NCBI GenBank assembly: GCA_038890615.1
Contig: JAWAFI010000002.1
Span: 17,488 to 81,487 of the forward strand
Length of the DNA stretch: 64,000 bases
Direction of reading: 5' to 3'
DNA from: Candidatus Anstonellales archaeon
Lineage (GTDB): Archaea > Micrarchaeota > Micrarchaeia > Anstonellales > J096
In this document: positions 29,666 through 37,570 of the stretch, piece by piece
Layout: each line of letters starts with the position of its first letter
How positions within the stretch are numbered: the stretch's first letter is position 1
Made by a program: the position numbers and the translations under genes
Notes under the pieces: generated by a model
Database searches by the model: none
Told to the model about the DNA's origin: nothing
The model's input: only the letters and a program-made list of their open reading frames with translations

Positions 29666-30579
29666 ACTAACACCCCGTAAACGAGCCCTGCTCTAGGACC
29701 ATAAATTATTAATCCAGTCAAGAAACTTGATAGCAAAAGGCTATTTATAAAAAAGCCTAAGAGGGTGGTATTAAAGTCACCTATCTTAACTTCTCCTTGT
29801 TCGCGGTACATTACATAACTCAACCCCCCTATCACCACCATGCACACGGCAGCTAGTAGATATAGAGATACCAAGAGGTTGTCGTTTATAAGCATTGCTG
29901 AAAGCATTGCGCCCATGGTTCCTGCCATTAACCCTGCCATTATCCCCTCCATTACGCCCATTATGCCACAGTAACGCCCAGCCATTATGCCAAACCCAAT
30001 CCCTAAAGAGGCACCAACTAAAGAACCTACAAACATTCCATTGGTCGCCCCTATTGTAGCTCCGCTCATAAAACCTACTACCATTCCTATCGTCATTCCA
30101 ATCATCATTCCGTTCATGCAACTAAGATTTCTTTTATAGCATTCTACGAGACTCATTGAATATGTAGTGACAACTCCTGTTGCTATTGAGAGTAGAATGA
30201 GTGGAAAATATACTTTTATGGTTGTTCCTAAAGTATAATATACCACGAGCACAAGCACTAAAAGAACGATTGCTGAGAAAAGCGCATAGTTAATCAATTT
30301 TGCCTCTACTACGAGCTTGCCTGAAAGCGTTCTCTTAATATATTCAAAAACCCTGTGTGGATCACCTCTTCTCTCTTCTGAGCCTTTCTCAAGATATCCA
30401 TTCTCTGCAAGTGCTCTTCTCAAGCCCGCTATCTTATCCTCCTCAACGCTAAACAAGACCTTTCCTGTTTTAATATCTATTTCAACAACCTGCGCTCCAT
30501 TCTCCTGCGCCACTTTTTTAAGTATCTCTATACAGGATTCGCAGGAAGCGTTCTGGAGGTTCAATTCAAGTTGACTCAT
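29662..30579 (-). CDS. HMA domain + Met/Gly-rich multi-pass membrane protein
   Basis: N-terminal SCESC; TM region [13 protein letters not shown] and [26 protein letters not shown]-coupled to copA. Confidence 0.75.
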   Translation of the reverse strand: MSQLELNLQNASCESCIEILKKVAQENGAQVVEIDIKTGKVLFSVEEDKIAGLRRALAENGYLEKGSEERRGDPHRVFEYIKRTLSGKLVVEAKLINYALFSAIVLLVLVLVVYYTLGTTIKVYFPLILLSIATGVVTTYSMSLVECYKRNLSCMNGMMIGMTIGMVVGFMSGATIGATNGMFVGSLVGASLGIGFGIMAGRYCGIMGVMEGIMAGLMAGTMGAMLSAMLINDNLLVSLYLLAAVCMVVIGGLSYVMYREQGEVKIGDFNTTLLGFFINSLLLSSFLTGLIIYGPRAGLVYGVLV

Positions 30580-30762
30580 TCCAGCACCTTATAGTATGGC
30601 CTTCTTTACTCTGCTTATCGTTTCATTACCCTCATATTCTATTATAACTTTCCCTATACTTACGTTGACACTCTTTAATCCTGGTATGTCAGCTATTACC
30701 CCCCTAATCAATGCACTTCGTGATTTGCAACACATTCTACTTATCTTTATTTCTGCTTTCAT
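30576..30762 (-). pseudogene. Degenerate CopZ-like metallochaperone
   Basis: SD GAGGTGA + ATG 30762; MCCKSR replaces MxCxxC; premature TAA at 30589-30591 while another frame ends YKVLE-TGA overlapping the next ATG. Confidence 0.6.
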
Positions 30763-30773
30763 TAAATCACCTC

Positions 30774-31016
30774 TTAGTGAATTACGATGTATCCCTCCTG
30801 TTCCATCATCGTGACGATATCTTCGATCCATTTCTGACCACAATCAATTATTGCTACAACCTCTTTGTGTTTCCTTTTAACATGGTTGTTCATATTTCCA
30901 ATATGCTTTTCTATTTCATCAAGAAGGTTCTCACATCTCATGCAACAAATCATCTGCAGTTCCGCTGTACCTTTTTCCGCATTTTCCTTCATTATTTTAT
31001 ATGTACCTCCCATCAT
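30774..31016 (-). CDS. Small HMA/CopZ-like metal-binding protein
   Basis: MICCMRC motif, ends ..EQEGYIV; ATGA-coupled to the cupredoxin gene. Confidence 0.6.
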   Translation of the reverse strand: MMGGTYKIMKENAEKGTAELQMICCMRCENLLDEIEKHIGNMNNHVKRKHKEVVAIIDCGQKWIEDIVTMMEQEGYIVIH

Positions 31017-31564
31017 TCAACCACCATCTTTCCTACAAACATGTTCATACTACAATGGTATCTGTAGGAACCAACTTTATTTGGTGTGAACTCTACAACC
31101 TGTGTTTCTCCATTCTTGGAGTAGAGCCGAACACCAAACTCATCAAGAATCATGTATCTGCCGCATCCAGAAGAGGGTTCTGCGCTAAAGTAAAGCCTTA
31201 CTGGTACTCCTTTCTTAACTCGTACTTCTTCTGGCTCATATCTTCCTGTTCCAAGCGCCTTTATGTATATCTCTTGCATTTCTCCTTTTGCAGCAGACAG
31301 GTTTGTCTCATTTTGTTCGAGTTTAGACCATGAGTTTTCATTGCATCCACATCCTCCTAAACTCCAGCTGCTAATACTTGCTTTGGAAGGGTACAGGACT
31401 CTATTTTCTACTACGTTCCCATTTGCTTGCGCAGAGTCTGTACTCTTTTTTAAAGCTCCAGGCAACCCTAATATCACTCCTCCTGTCACTGCACCGGCGA
31501 GCAGGAGGGCCCAAAAGAGCACCCAAGTGGTTTTTTGTATTCTTATTTTTTCCACATACCTCAC
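31013..31564 (-). CDS. Membrane-anchored cupredoxin-domain protein (CupA-like)
   Basis: N-terminal TM; YEPEEVRVKKGVPVRL, GCG, VEFTP..G.Y.YHCSMNMFVG. Confidence 0.85.
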   Translation of the reverse strand: MRYVEKIRIQKTTWVLFWALLLAGAVTGGVILGLPGALKKSTDSAQANGNVVENRVLYPSKASISSWSLGGCGCNENSWSKLEQNETNLSAAKGEMQEIYIKALGTGRYEPEEVRVKKGVPVRLYFSAEPSSGCGRYMILDEFGVRLYSKNGETQVVEFTPNKVGSYRYHCSMNMFVGKMVVE

Positions 31565-31580
31565 CCATAAGCTTTATAAT

Positions 31581-31640
31581 GTTTCGTATGTTGAAACAAT
31601 ATATATTAATTAATGAAACAAAGTTTCCAACCTTTGAAAC
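31581..31640. promoter_or_regulatory. Cluster of GTTTC/GAAAC inverted half-sites in the divergent copper promoter
   Basis: GTTTC-N7-GAAAC (31581-31597), GAAAC-N3-GTTTC (31615-31627), GTTTC-N8-GAAAC (31623-31640). Confidence 0.55.
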
Positions 31641-31672
31641 GATATATTAAAAATAAAACGAACGGTTTTACT

Positions 31673-32158
31673 ATGGAGATCAACAAGAAAATGGCTCTTT
31701 TGATTCTTATAATCTCACTGTTTGTTTTCCTTCTCACTGTTCTGGTCATTGTTTATTCAATCTATTCAGGAGGAGATGAAGTCCCTTTTCTGCTCAAACC
31801 TTTTATTGTTTACCACAACGAGTTCATGGTTCTTATGGGTCTAGTTGGGGTTTTTTCTGGAGTAGTAATTTATAGCATAATGGCTTCCTCTCTTAAGAAG
31901 CAGGAGATCATTACCCAGAAAAGCATAGACCTTCTTATTAAGGTTCTTCCTGATGACGAGCGCTCCATAGTAATGCACCTTAGGGGCAAAAAAGGTATGA
32001 GCACCCAAAGTGAGATATCAAAGATTCTTGGCTCGCGCCTCAAGGCCCATCGCCTAGTAAGAAAGCTTTCCGAGCGTGGTATCCTCCTTATTGACAGGTA
32101 CGGTAAAACAAACATTCTACGCCTTGCAGAAGAATTTTCCTTCCATGAAGAAAAGTAG
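31673..32158 (+). CDS. Membrane-anchored winged-HTH transcriptional regulator
   Basis: Two TM helices then LPDDERSIV..TQSEISK..KAHRLVRKLSERG...RYGKTN; start refined to ATG 31673. Confidence 0.8.
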   Translation: MEINKKMALLILIISLFVFLLTVLVIVYSIYSGGDEVPFLLKPFIVYHNEFMVLMGLVGVFSGVVIYSIMASSLKKQEIITQKSIDLLIKVLPDDERSIVMHLRGKKGMSTQSEISKILGSRLKAHRLVRKLSERGILLIDRYGKTNILRLAEEFSFHEEK

Positions 32159-32162
32159 TGAA

Positions 32163-32234
32163 TGCCACAGGGCGGATTTGAACCGCCGACCCTCCGGTCT
32201 TCAGCCGGATGCTCTCCCGCTGAGCTACTGTGGC
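32163..32234 (-). tRNA. tRNA-Phe(GAA)
   Basis: Reverse complement GCCACAGTAGCTCAG..TCCGG-CTGAAGA-CCGGA..GGTTCAAATCC..CTGTGGCA. Confidence 0.96.
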
Positions 32235-32298
32235 TTTGATTTATCCATTAAGCTAATATATTTAAACCTTCCATTTATCTTAAAAGCAGGTGGACAAT

Positions 32299-33615
32299 AT
32301 GGCTTCAGAAGAAGAAGTTGTTTCTATGGTAAGAGAGCAAGGGATAAGGTGGATTGACCTTCAGTTCACTGACGTTCTCGGGCATTTCCGAAATGTTTCG
32401 CTAGTTGCTGATTCAATAGGCACAACAGAGCTGAAGAAAGGAGTTTACACTGACCTCTCGCCCTTGTTTGGGGAGAACTCTTACCTCCTTCCTGATCCAA
32501 ACACTTATGCAAAAATAAGGTGGCTTAGGAGCACTGGGAGGTTCATTGCTTCACTTGTTGATGATAAGCAGAGGGCAAGGGAATACGACCCTCGTTATTC
32601 AATTGAAAAAGCGATTAAGCTTTCAGAGCTTGCTGGCTTCGGCCGCATTGATATCTCACCCTCCATTTGCTTCAATTTACTAGATACCGCTTCCATAGAC
32701 AGAACAAAGCCAGAAAAGCCAGGCGGGGTTCTTTTTGATTCAAGGGAAGCAGCATGGAGCCCTTCTCCCTTAGCAACTCCTGAGAATGCGTACATGTGCT
32801 CCCAGCCATACGATTCATTTGCCACAATAAGGGAGGAAACCTCTGATGTGCTTGAGGCAGATATGCGTTTTCGAGTGATGTCACACCATCATGGCGCAGG
32901 CAACACAGGGGCACAGAGGCTTAACCTTGCACCAATGACTCTCCTTGACGCAGGTGACGCCATCCAGAGCTGCAAGTTTATAATTAGGAACATTGCAACT
33001 GCTGCAGGTCTCACCGCTTCATTCCTTGCACAGCCAGTTCCATCTGACAAGCTCTCAAACTTCATTCTTGGAATAAGCATATGGAAAGGATCAGAAAACG
33101 CATTCTTTGAATCTAGCGGTGAACTTAGTGACAAGGCGCTTTATTTTGCAGGAGGGCTAATAGAGCATGCAGAGGTGCTTTCGCTGTTTGCTTCCCCAAG
33201 CCCCAACTCCTACAAGGCATTCTCTTCAATGTACGCAGGTTTTGGGAACGGTTGCTCTGTTGATTTCGCAGCTCCAGGGAACAGGCCTGACTCTAGCGTA
33301 GTTTTATTCAGAGGAACTGATGGAACAGCCAACCCCTATCTTGCAATTTCAGCCGTAATTGCTGCTGGTATTGATGGCATGAAAAAGAAGAGAGAGCCGA
33401 ATGAGTATGCTTCTTCCCTAGAGGATGTAAAGAAGCATGGCTTGCGCAGGATGACTTCATCATTTGAATACTCTCTTGAAGCTTTTGAGAGTGACAACTC
33501 CTTTGTCAAGAGCGTGCTTGAGCCAGCCCTACTTGATATCTACCTTAAGGAGTATGCAGTAATCCACAGAAAAGCAAGGGCAAACGCAGGTATGGATTAT
33601 TCTACAGGGCTCTAA
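32299..33615 (+). CDS. Glutamine synthetase type I homologue, predicted catalytically inactive
   Basis: GS fold motifs IDLQFTD, LLPDP.T, DPR, PNSYK, D.TANPYLA are present; metal ligands are absent (see findings). Confidence 0.85.
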   Translation: MASEEEVVSMVREQGIRWIDLQFTDVLGHFRNVSLVADSIGTTELKKGVYTDLSPLFGENSYLLPDPNTYAKIRWLRSTGRFIASLVDDKQRAREYDPRYSIEKAIKLSELAGFGRIDISPSICFNLLDTASIDRTKPEKPGGVLFDSREAAWSPSPLATPENAYMCSQPYDSFATIREETSDVLEADMRFRVMSHHHGAGNTGAQRLNLAPMTLLDAGDAIQSCKFIIRNIATAAGLTASFLAQPVPSDKLSNFILGISIWKGSENAFFESSGELSDKALYFAGGLIEHAEVLSLFASPSPNSYKAFSSMYAGFGNGCSVDFAAPGNRPDSSVVLFRGTDGTANPYLAISAVIAAGIDGMKKKREPNEYASSLEDVKKHGLRRMTSSFEYSLEAFESDNSFVKSVLEPALLDIYLKEYAVIHRKARANAGMDYSTGL

Positions 33616-33664
33616 ATATACTAAAACATCCATTGACCTCTATAACCATCTAGGAAAAAGAGAG

Positions 33665-33752
33665 AGCTAGGGGAGGGAATTGAACCCCCCTATGCCGGTT
33701 TCGGCTGCGAAGAGTACTGCAGCCGGCCGCGTTGCCGATCCGCCACCCTAGC
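33665..33752 (-). tRNA. tRNA-Cys(GCA) with 17-nt intron (33700-33716) at position 37/38
   Basis: Acceptor GCTAGGG/CCCTAGC, U73 discriminator, GCCGG-CTGCAG[TACTCTTCGCAGCCGAA]A-CCGGC, GGTTCAATT T-loop. Confidence 0.88.
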
Positions 33753-33793
33753 GTTATTTTCTATAAACCAGATTTGTTTTTAATGTTTTTGCC

Positions 33794-34690
33794 CTAACTG
33801 AGGAGGTCCTTAAGCCTTCTTTTGAATATTGCTTTTTTTGCCCATGGGTCCACAGCAACCTCATCAGCGTATCTTCCTTCCTTATCAACTGCGTTTACAT
33901 TTGCCCCTGCATCTAATAAAATCTGCACTAAATTCATATGGAACATTTTTGCAGCAACTGCCAAAGCAGGGGTTCCATCCTTATCCTTTGCATCGACATC
34001 ATCCCCCTTCTCCAAAAACATTTTCACCAATTTTTCATCCCCGGATTTGATTGCTTCTATAAGCCTTGGGTTGCCTGTTTTCTTTGCATTTTCTTCAATT
34101 TTTTCAATCTTTTTGTTAATTATAAAATTTCTTATCCCTTCATCTTCTGCCAGGTCTTCTGCATATTTCCATTCTTTATTCGTGGAGAAAAGGTTTGCCC
34201 CGCGCTCAACTAAGAATTCAACAGCTTTTCTTCTCCCGCTTCTTGCAGCCCACATAAGAGGGGTGCAACCGTACTTATCGCTTTTATCTATCCAACATCC
34301 TAATTCAAGGAGAAGCCTTGCAATATCAATATTATCATTCCAGGCAGCCATCATAAGTGCATTCCTATCATGCTTGTCCTTTGCCTCATAGTCTGCTCCC
34401 TTTATTATAAGCCATACAACATTTTCTAATGCGTTGTTCTTGTTGTTTGTTGTTATATTAACAATTTTCCATCCTAATGCCCTCGCATCCCATTCGCCGA
34501 TCTTTGCCTTGTTTTTCTCATTTATCTCTTTAAGCTTATTGTAAATCTCATTTCCCTCTTCTCCTCTGTTTAATGCATGTACCGCCCTCATTACTATTTC
34601 TTTTTCTGTAAGCTTCCTCTCCTCTAATTTAACCTCTTTTTTTATTCCTTTTTTCTTCCCCTCTAGCTTAACATCCTTTTCTTTTTTCAT
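33794..34690 (-). CDS. Ankyrin-repeat protein (EDKEAFEEL family, divergent member)
   Basis: ALMMAAWN, GCTPLMWAARSG, GDDVDAKDKDGTPAL; N-module ..RGEEGNEIYNKLKEINEKNKAKIGE.. Confidence 0.9.
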   Translation of the reverse strand: MKKEKDVKLEGKKKGIKKEVKLEERKLTEKEIVMRAVHALNRGEEGNEIYNKLKEINEKNKAKIGEWDARALGWKIVNITTNNKNNALENVVWLIIKGADYEAKDKHDRNALMMAAWNDNIDIARLLLELGCWIDKSDKYGCTPLMWAARSGRRKAVEFLVERGANLFSTNKEWKYAEDLAEDEGIRNFIINKKIEKIEENAKKTGNPRLIEAIKSGDEKLVKMFLEKGDDVDAKDKDGTPALAVAAKMFHMNLVQILLDAGANVNAVDKEGRYADEVAVDPWAKKAIFKRRLKDLLS

Positions 34691-34743
34691 TTATTATTCT
34701 CTAAAATATGCTTTTTAAGCTTTGCTTGCTTATCTTATTCTAA

Positions 34744-35703
34744 TTAGTACGCTACTATGTTTAAGTTATAACTGCATCCAGGGTCTTCCTCAACATACCC
34801 TGAAAGGAAGAGCCTTAGGTAGCCAAGTATTGGCACCCTTGCTATCACTTTGCCTTTTATCTGGCTCCTCTCAACTATAGAATTGCCCCCAAAGCCGCTG
34901 TATATTTGTATGTCAGCTATTTCATTGTTGTCCCCTTTTATTATATAATACTCATTGCTCTCTGTCTTTATCTTAAGCATAGCCCTGTGGATTATATCCC
35001 CCACCCTGCTGAATGCATCGCTTGGCTTTGGAGCGTATACAACTACATCCCCTCCCCTGTTGTCAATTACAATGTAATCTTTGTATTCAATCCTTTGCAG
35101 GCAAGGAACAAAACCTTCCTTTGCACCTTTCTTTACCCCTTTCCTATAGCAGGTTCCATAATGGAACTCAAAGTTGCCCCTTTTCTCCACTACCTTGCTC
35201 GGATAGTTGAAAAGATAAGCGCAAAACTCATGGCTTTCCGTAGCACAAGCAGAAAGCGCAGATCCCTTAACTTCTTCGCTTTTCCCCTCCCACTCAACTA
35301 CTGCATTGGCATTGGAAAGCCGTGCAACATCCTGCTCGCTCGCCTCTATTTCAGGGGCCCTTATACCTTCCCCATATATAACAACCAGATCCCCTCTTTC
35401 AAGGTTGGGGAGCATGCTACATGACACCACTGCATTTAGAGGAGAGCTAGTCCTTAGCGCAAATGAAAGTGCAAGCCATACTACTACTATAGCCCCTATT
35501 GTTATCACAGTGTCCTTAAGCTCTTCCTTCCAGCCTCTTTCCCTAACCCCCTGCGCCACCTCAAGCACTACTGCTATCACAAGGAAAATAGCACAAAGAA
35601 CCCCTAATATTGGCTCCCTGAATAGCACATAAAGTATAAGGAAAAATATGGAAAGCCCAATTGCAATCCTGTCTGCGTTTTCCTTTCCTATCTTGAAATC
35701 CAT
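34744..35703 (-). CDS. Signal peptidase I (S26, Sec11 type) with large insertion
   Basis: VVSCSMLP..RGD, IIHR, KGDNN, IP.LGY; three N-terminal TMs. Confidence 0.85.
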   Translation of the reverse strand: MDFKIGKENADRIAIGLSIFFLILYVLFREPILGVLCAIFLVIAVVLEVAQGVRERGWKEELKDTVITIGAIVVVWLALSFALRTSSPLNAVVSCSMLPNLERGDLVVIYGEGIRAPEIEASEQDVARLSNANAVVEWEGKSEEVKGSALSACATESHEFCAYLFNYPSKVVEKRGNFEFHYGTCYRKGVKKGAKEGFVPCLQRIEYKDYIVIDNRGGDVVVYAPKPSDAFSRVGDIIHRAMLKIKTESNEYYIIKGDNNEIADIQIYSGFGGNSIVERSQIKGKVIARVPILGYLRLFLSGYVEEDPGCSYNLNIVAY

Positions 35704-35704
35704 C

Positions 35705-35956
35705 TTACTCCTTTCCTATTTCCTTTTCCATCCTTTCTGCCATTTCCTCTATCTCTTTCAGGGCTTTTGCAAGCGCCCCCTTGGCGTTCTTGCCTTTTAT
35801 CCTAAGTTCAACTTCGTTCTTTAGCGGATGTTCTTGCCTGTAAAAAACTGTTATGCCATCCATTTCGTTCATGTGCTGGGCAAGTGCCATAGCAAGGGCT
35901 CTGTTTTCTGTTTTTATTATGAGTACATCATCCTCTTTTTCTATGCTGGTAATCAT
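35705..35956 (-). CDS. rpoL: RNA polymerase subunit Rpo11 (L)
   Basis: Start refined to ATG 35956; YRQEHPL...ELRIK...ALAKAL motif. Confidence 0.8.
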   Translation of the reverse strand: MITSIEKEDDVLIIKTENRALAMALAQHMNEMDGITVFYRQEHPLKNEVELRIKGKNAKGALAKALKEIEEMAERMEKEIGKE

Positions 35957-36017
35957 GCCTTTACTTAGGGATAATATTATTAAAACCTTTGGATTCCCTT
36001 TCTTATCCAGGGCTGAT

Positions 36018-37100
36018 ATGAGCGGAATAGAAGAAAAGATAAGGAAGATAGAAGAGGAGATGGCTAGGACCCAAAAGAACAAGGCAACAGAGCACCATCT
36101 GGGCAGGCTCAAGGCAAAAATAGCACAGCTTAAGGCAGAAGCAGAGCATAAGAAATCAATTGGGAAGAGCTCTTACGGTTATGGGTTGAAGAAAGAAGGG
36201 GATGCAACTGTCGTCCTCTTAGGGTTCCCAAATGCAGGCAAATCCTCAATACTTTCAAAGCTCACCAACGCAAAGTCAGAGATAGCAAACTACGAGTTTA
36301 CAACATTGAGAGTAATACCTGGCATGATGGTTCACAAAGGCTTCCGCATCCAGATACTTGACATTCCAGGCATAATAACAGGAGCAAGCAAGGGGAAGGG
36401 AAGGGGCAAGGAGGTTCTAAGCATAGCCCGTTCTGCTGACCTCATTTTGATAGTAGTTCCTGCAGACAGGCCAGAGCAGTACCAGCTTATAGTTGAAGAG
36501 ATGGAAAAAGCAGGCGTAGTGCTTAACAAGGAGCGCCCATATGTCCGCATAGAAAGGACTGCAACAGGTGGTGTGAAAGTGCTGGGCTCAACTGGCAAGA
36601 TGAGCTACAATGAGATAACTGGCATCCTTTCTGCGTTTTCAATATTCAACGCCAATGTTGTGGTTGGTAGGGATGTTGACTCTGATGCTTTTATAGAAGC
36701 AATACTGCCGCGAACGGTTTACAAAAAAGCCATAGTAGTGGAGAACAAGGTTGACATAGCAAAGCCAAGCCTGTCTTTTGCGTTGCCTATATCCTGTGCT
36801 ACTGGCTACAACATAGAGAAGCTAAAGGATTTCATAGTTGACAACCTAGGATTCATAAGGGTTTACACAAACCCAAAAGGAGGAAAGCCAGACCAAGAGC
36901 CAATAATATTGCCAAAGGGGGCAACTGTTGCTGATCTGTGCGCCAAAATATACCGCTGCATGGAAGCTGAATCCCGTGGAGCAATAGTGAATGGAAAAAG
37001 CGCCTCATTTCCAAACCAGATGGTTGGGCTTGACCATATGCTTGCTGATGGGGATGTTGTGAGGATTGTCAAGCATGCCGACAAAAAAAGAAATAGATGA
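36018..37100 (+). CDS. DRG/Obg-family GTPase with TGS domain
   Basis: TQKNKATEHHLG.LKAK, GFPNAGKS, YEFTT, DIPGII, NKVD, VGLDH.L.DGD; start ATG 36018. Confidence 0.95.
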   Translation: MSGIEEKIRKIEEEMARTQKNKATEHHLGRLKAKIAQLKAEAEHKKSIGKSSYGYGLKKEGDATVVLLGFPNAGKSSILSKLTNAKSEIANYEFTTLRVIPGMMVHKGFRIQILDIPGIITGASKGKGRGKEVLSIARSADLILIVVPADRPEQYQLIVEEMEKAGVVLNKERPYVRIERTATGGVKVLGSTGKMSYNEITGILSAFSIFNANVVVGRDVDSDAFIEAILPRTVYKKAIVVENKVDIAKPSLSFALPISCATGYNIEKLKDFIVDNLGFIRVYTNPKGGKPDQEPIILPKGATVADLCAKIYRCMEAESRGAIVNGKSASFPNQMVGLDHMLADGDVVRIVKHADKKRNR

Positions 37101-37341
37101 GATTATATCGTGGTGCGAGCAGAAGAAGAAGGAGAAAGGAATAGTGCCAATAATAGAGCGCAATACATTCAAAGACAAATATCCATGGGCATACCGCTAC
37201 ACCTTCATAGAAATAGACAGGCCTTTTGAAGCTGCTTCCAAGAGCTCACTCGTCTATGATTCAGTTACTAAAAAGCTGTGGCATTTTTTGCTCGGCTCTT
37301 GGAGGCCAATAGAGCCTGAGGCAGACATAAAATTTTACTGA
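37075..37341 (+). CDS. Hypothetical protein
   Basis: Genome-typical codon usage; overlaps the DRG gene end. Confidence 0.6.
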   Translation: MPTKKEIDEIISWCEQKKKEKGIVPIIERNTFKDKYPWAYRYTFIEIDRPFEAASKSSLVYDSVTKKLWHFLLGSWRPIEPEADIKFY

Positions 37342-37414
37342 GCCACTTTTGACGCAAGGCGTAATATTTGCGCCTGAGCGAAAGCTATTTTAATAGCATT
37401 TACTAAATATCCCT

Positions 37415-37570
37415 ATGCCAAAAAAGAAGGACCTGGTTTACGAGCGGCTGTTCTCAAGCGTGCGCGATCTCTATATGTATGAGTCAGAGGAAAGCATGCC
37501 TAAGCTCCCAAAAGACATAGGCGACTTTAATAATATAATAAAAAGGGCTACGCTTCTTTACGAGAAATAG
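37415..37570 (+). CDS. Small hypothetical protein (51 aa), below the ORF-track cutoff
   Basis: MPKKKDLVYERLFSSVRDLYMYESEESMPKLPKDIGDFNNIIKRATLLYEK; AAAGCTATTTTAATA promoter-like element upstream. Confidence 0.55.
   Translation: MPKKKDLVYERLFSSVRDLYMYESEESMPKLPKDIGDFNNIIKRATLLYEK

Noticed and set aside
30711..31650. Several overlapping + strand ORFs in the copper cluster
   Set aside because: Antisense to the cupredoxin/HMA genes, with no motifs.
33700..33720. Alternative reading as tRNA-Ser(CGA) with intron at 33/34
   Set aside because: No long variable arm, and the U73 discriminator indicates Cys.
21335..33793. Integrated elements at tRNA-Leu/Phe/Cys
   Set aside because: No integrase and no duplicated tRNA 3' ends were found by eye.
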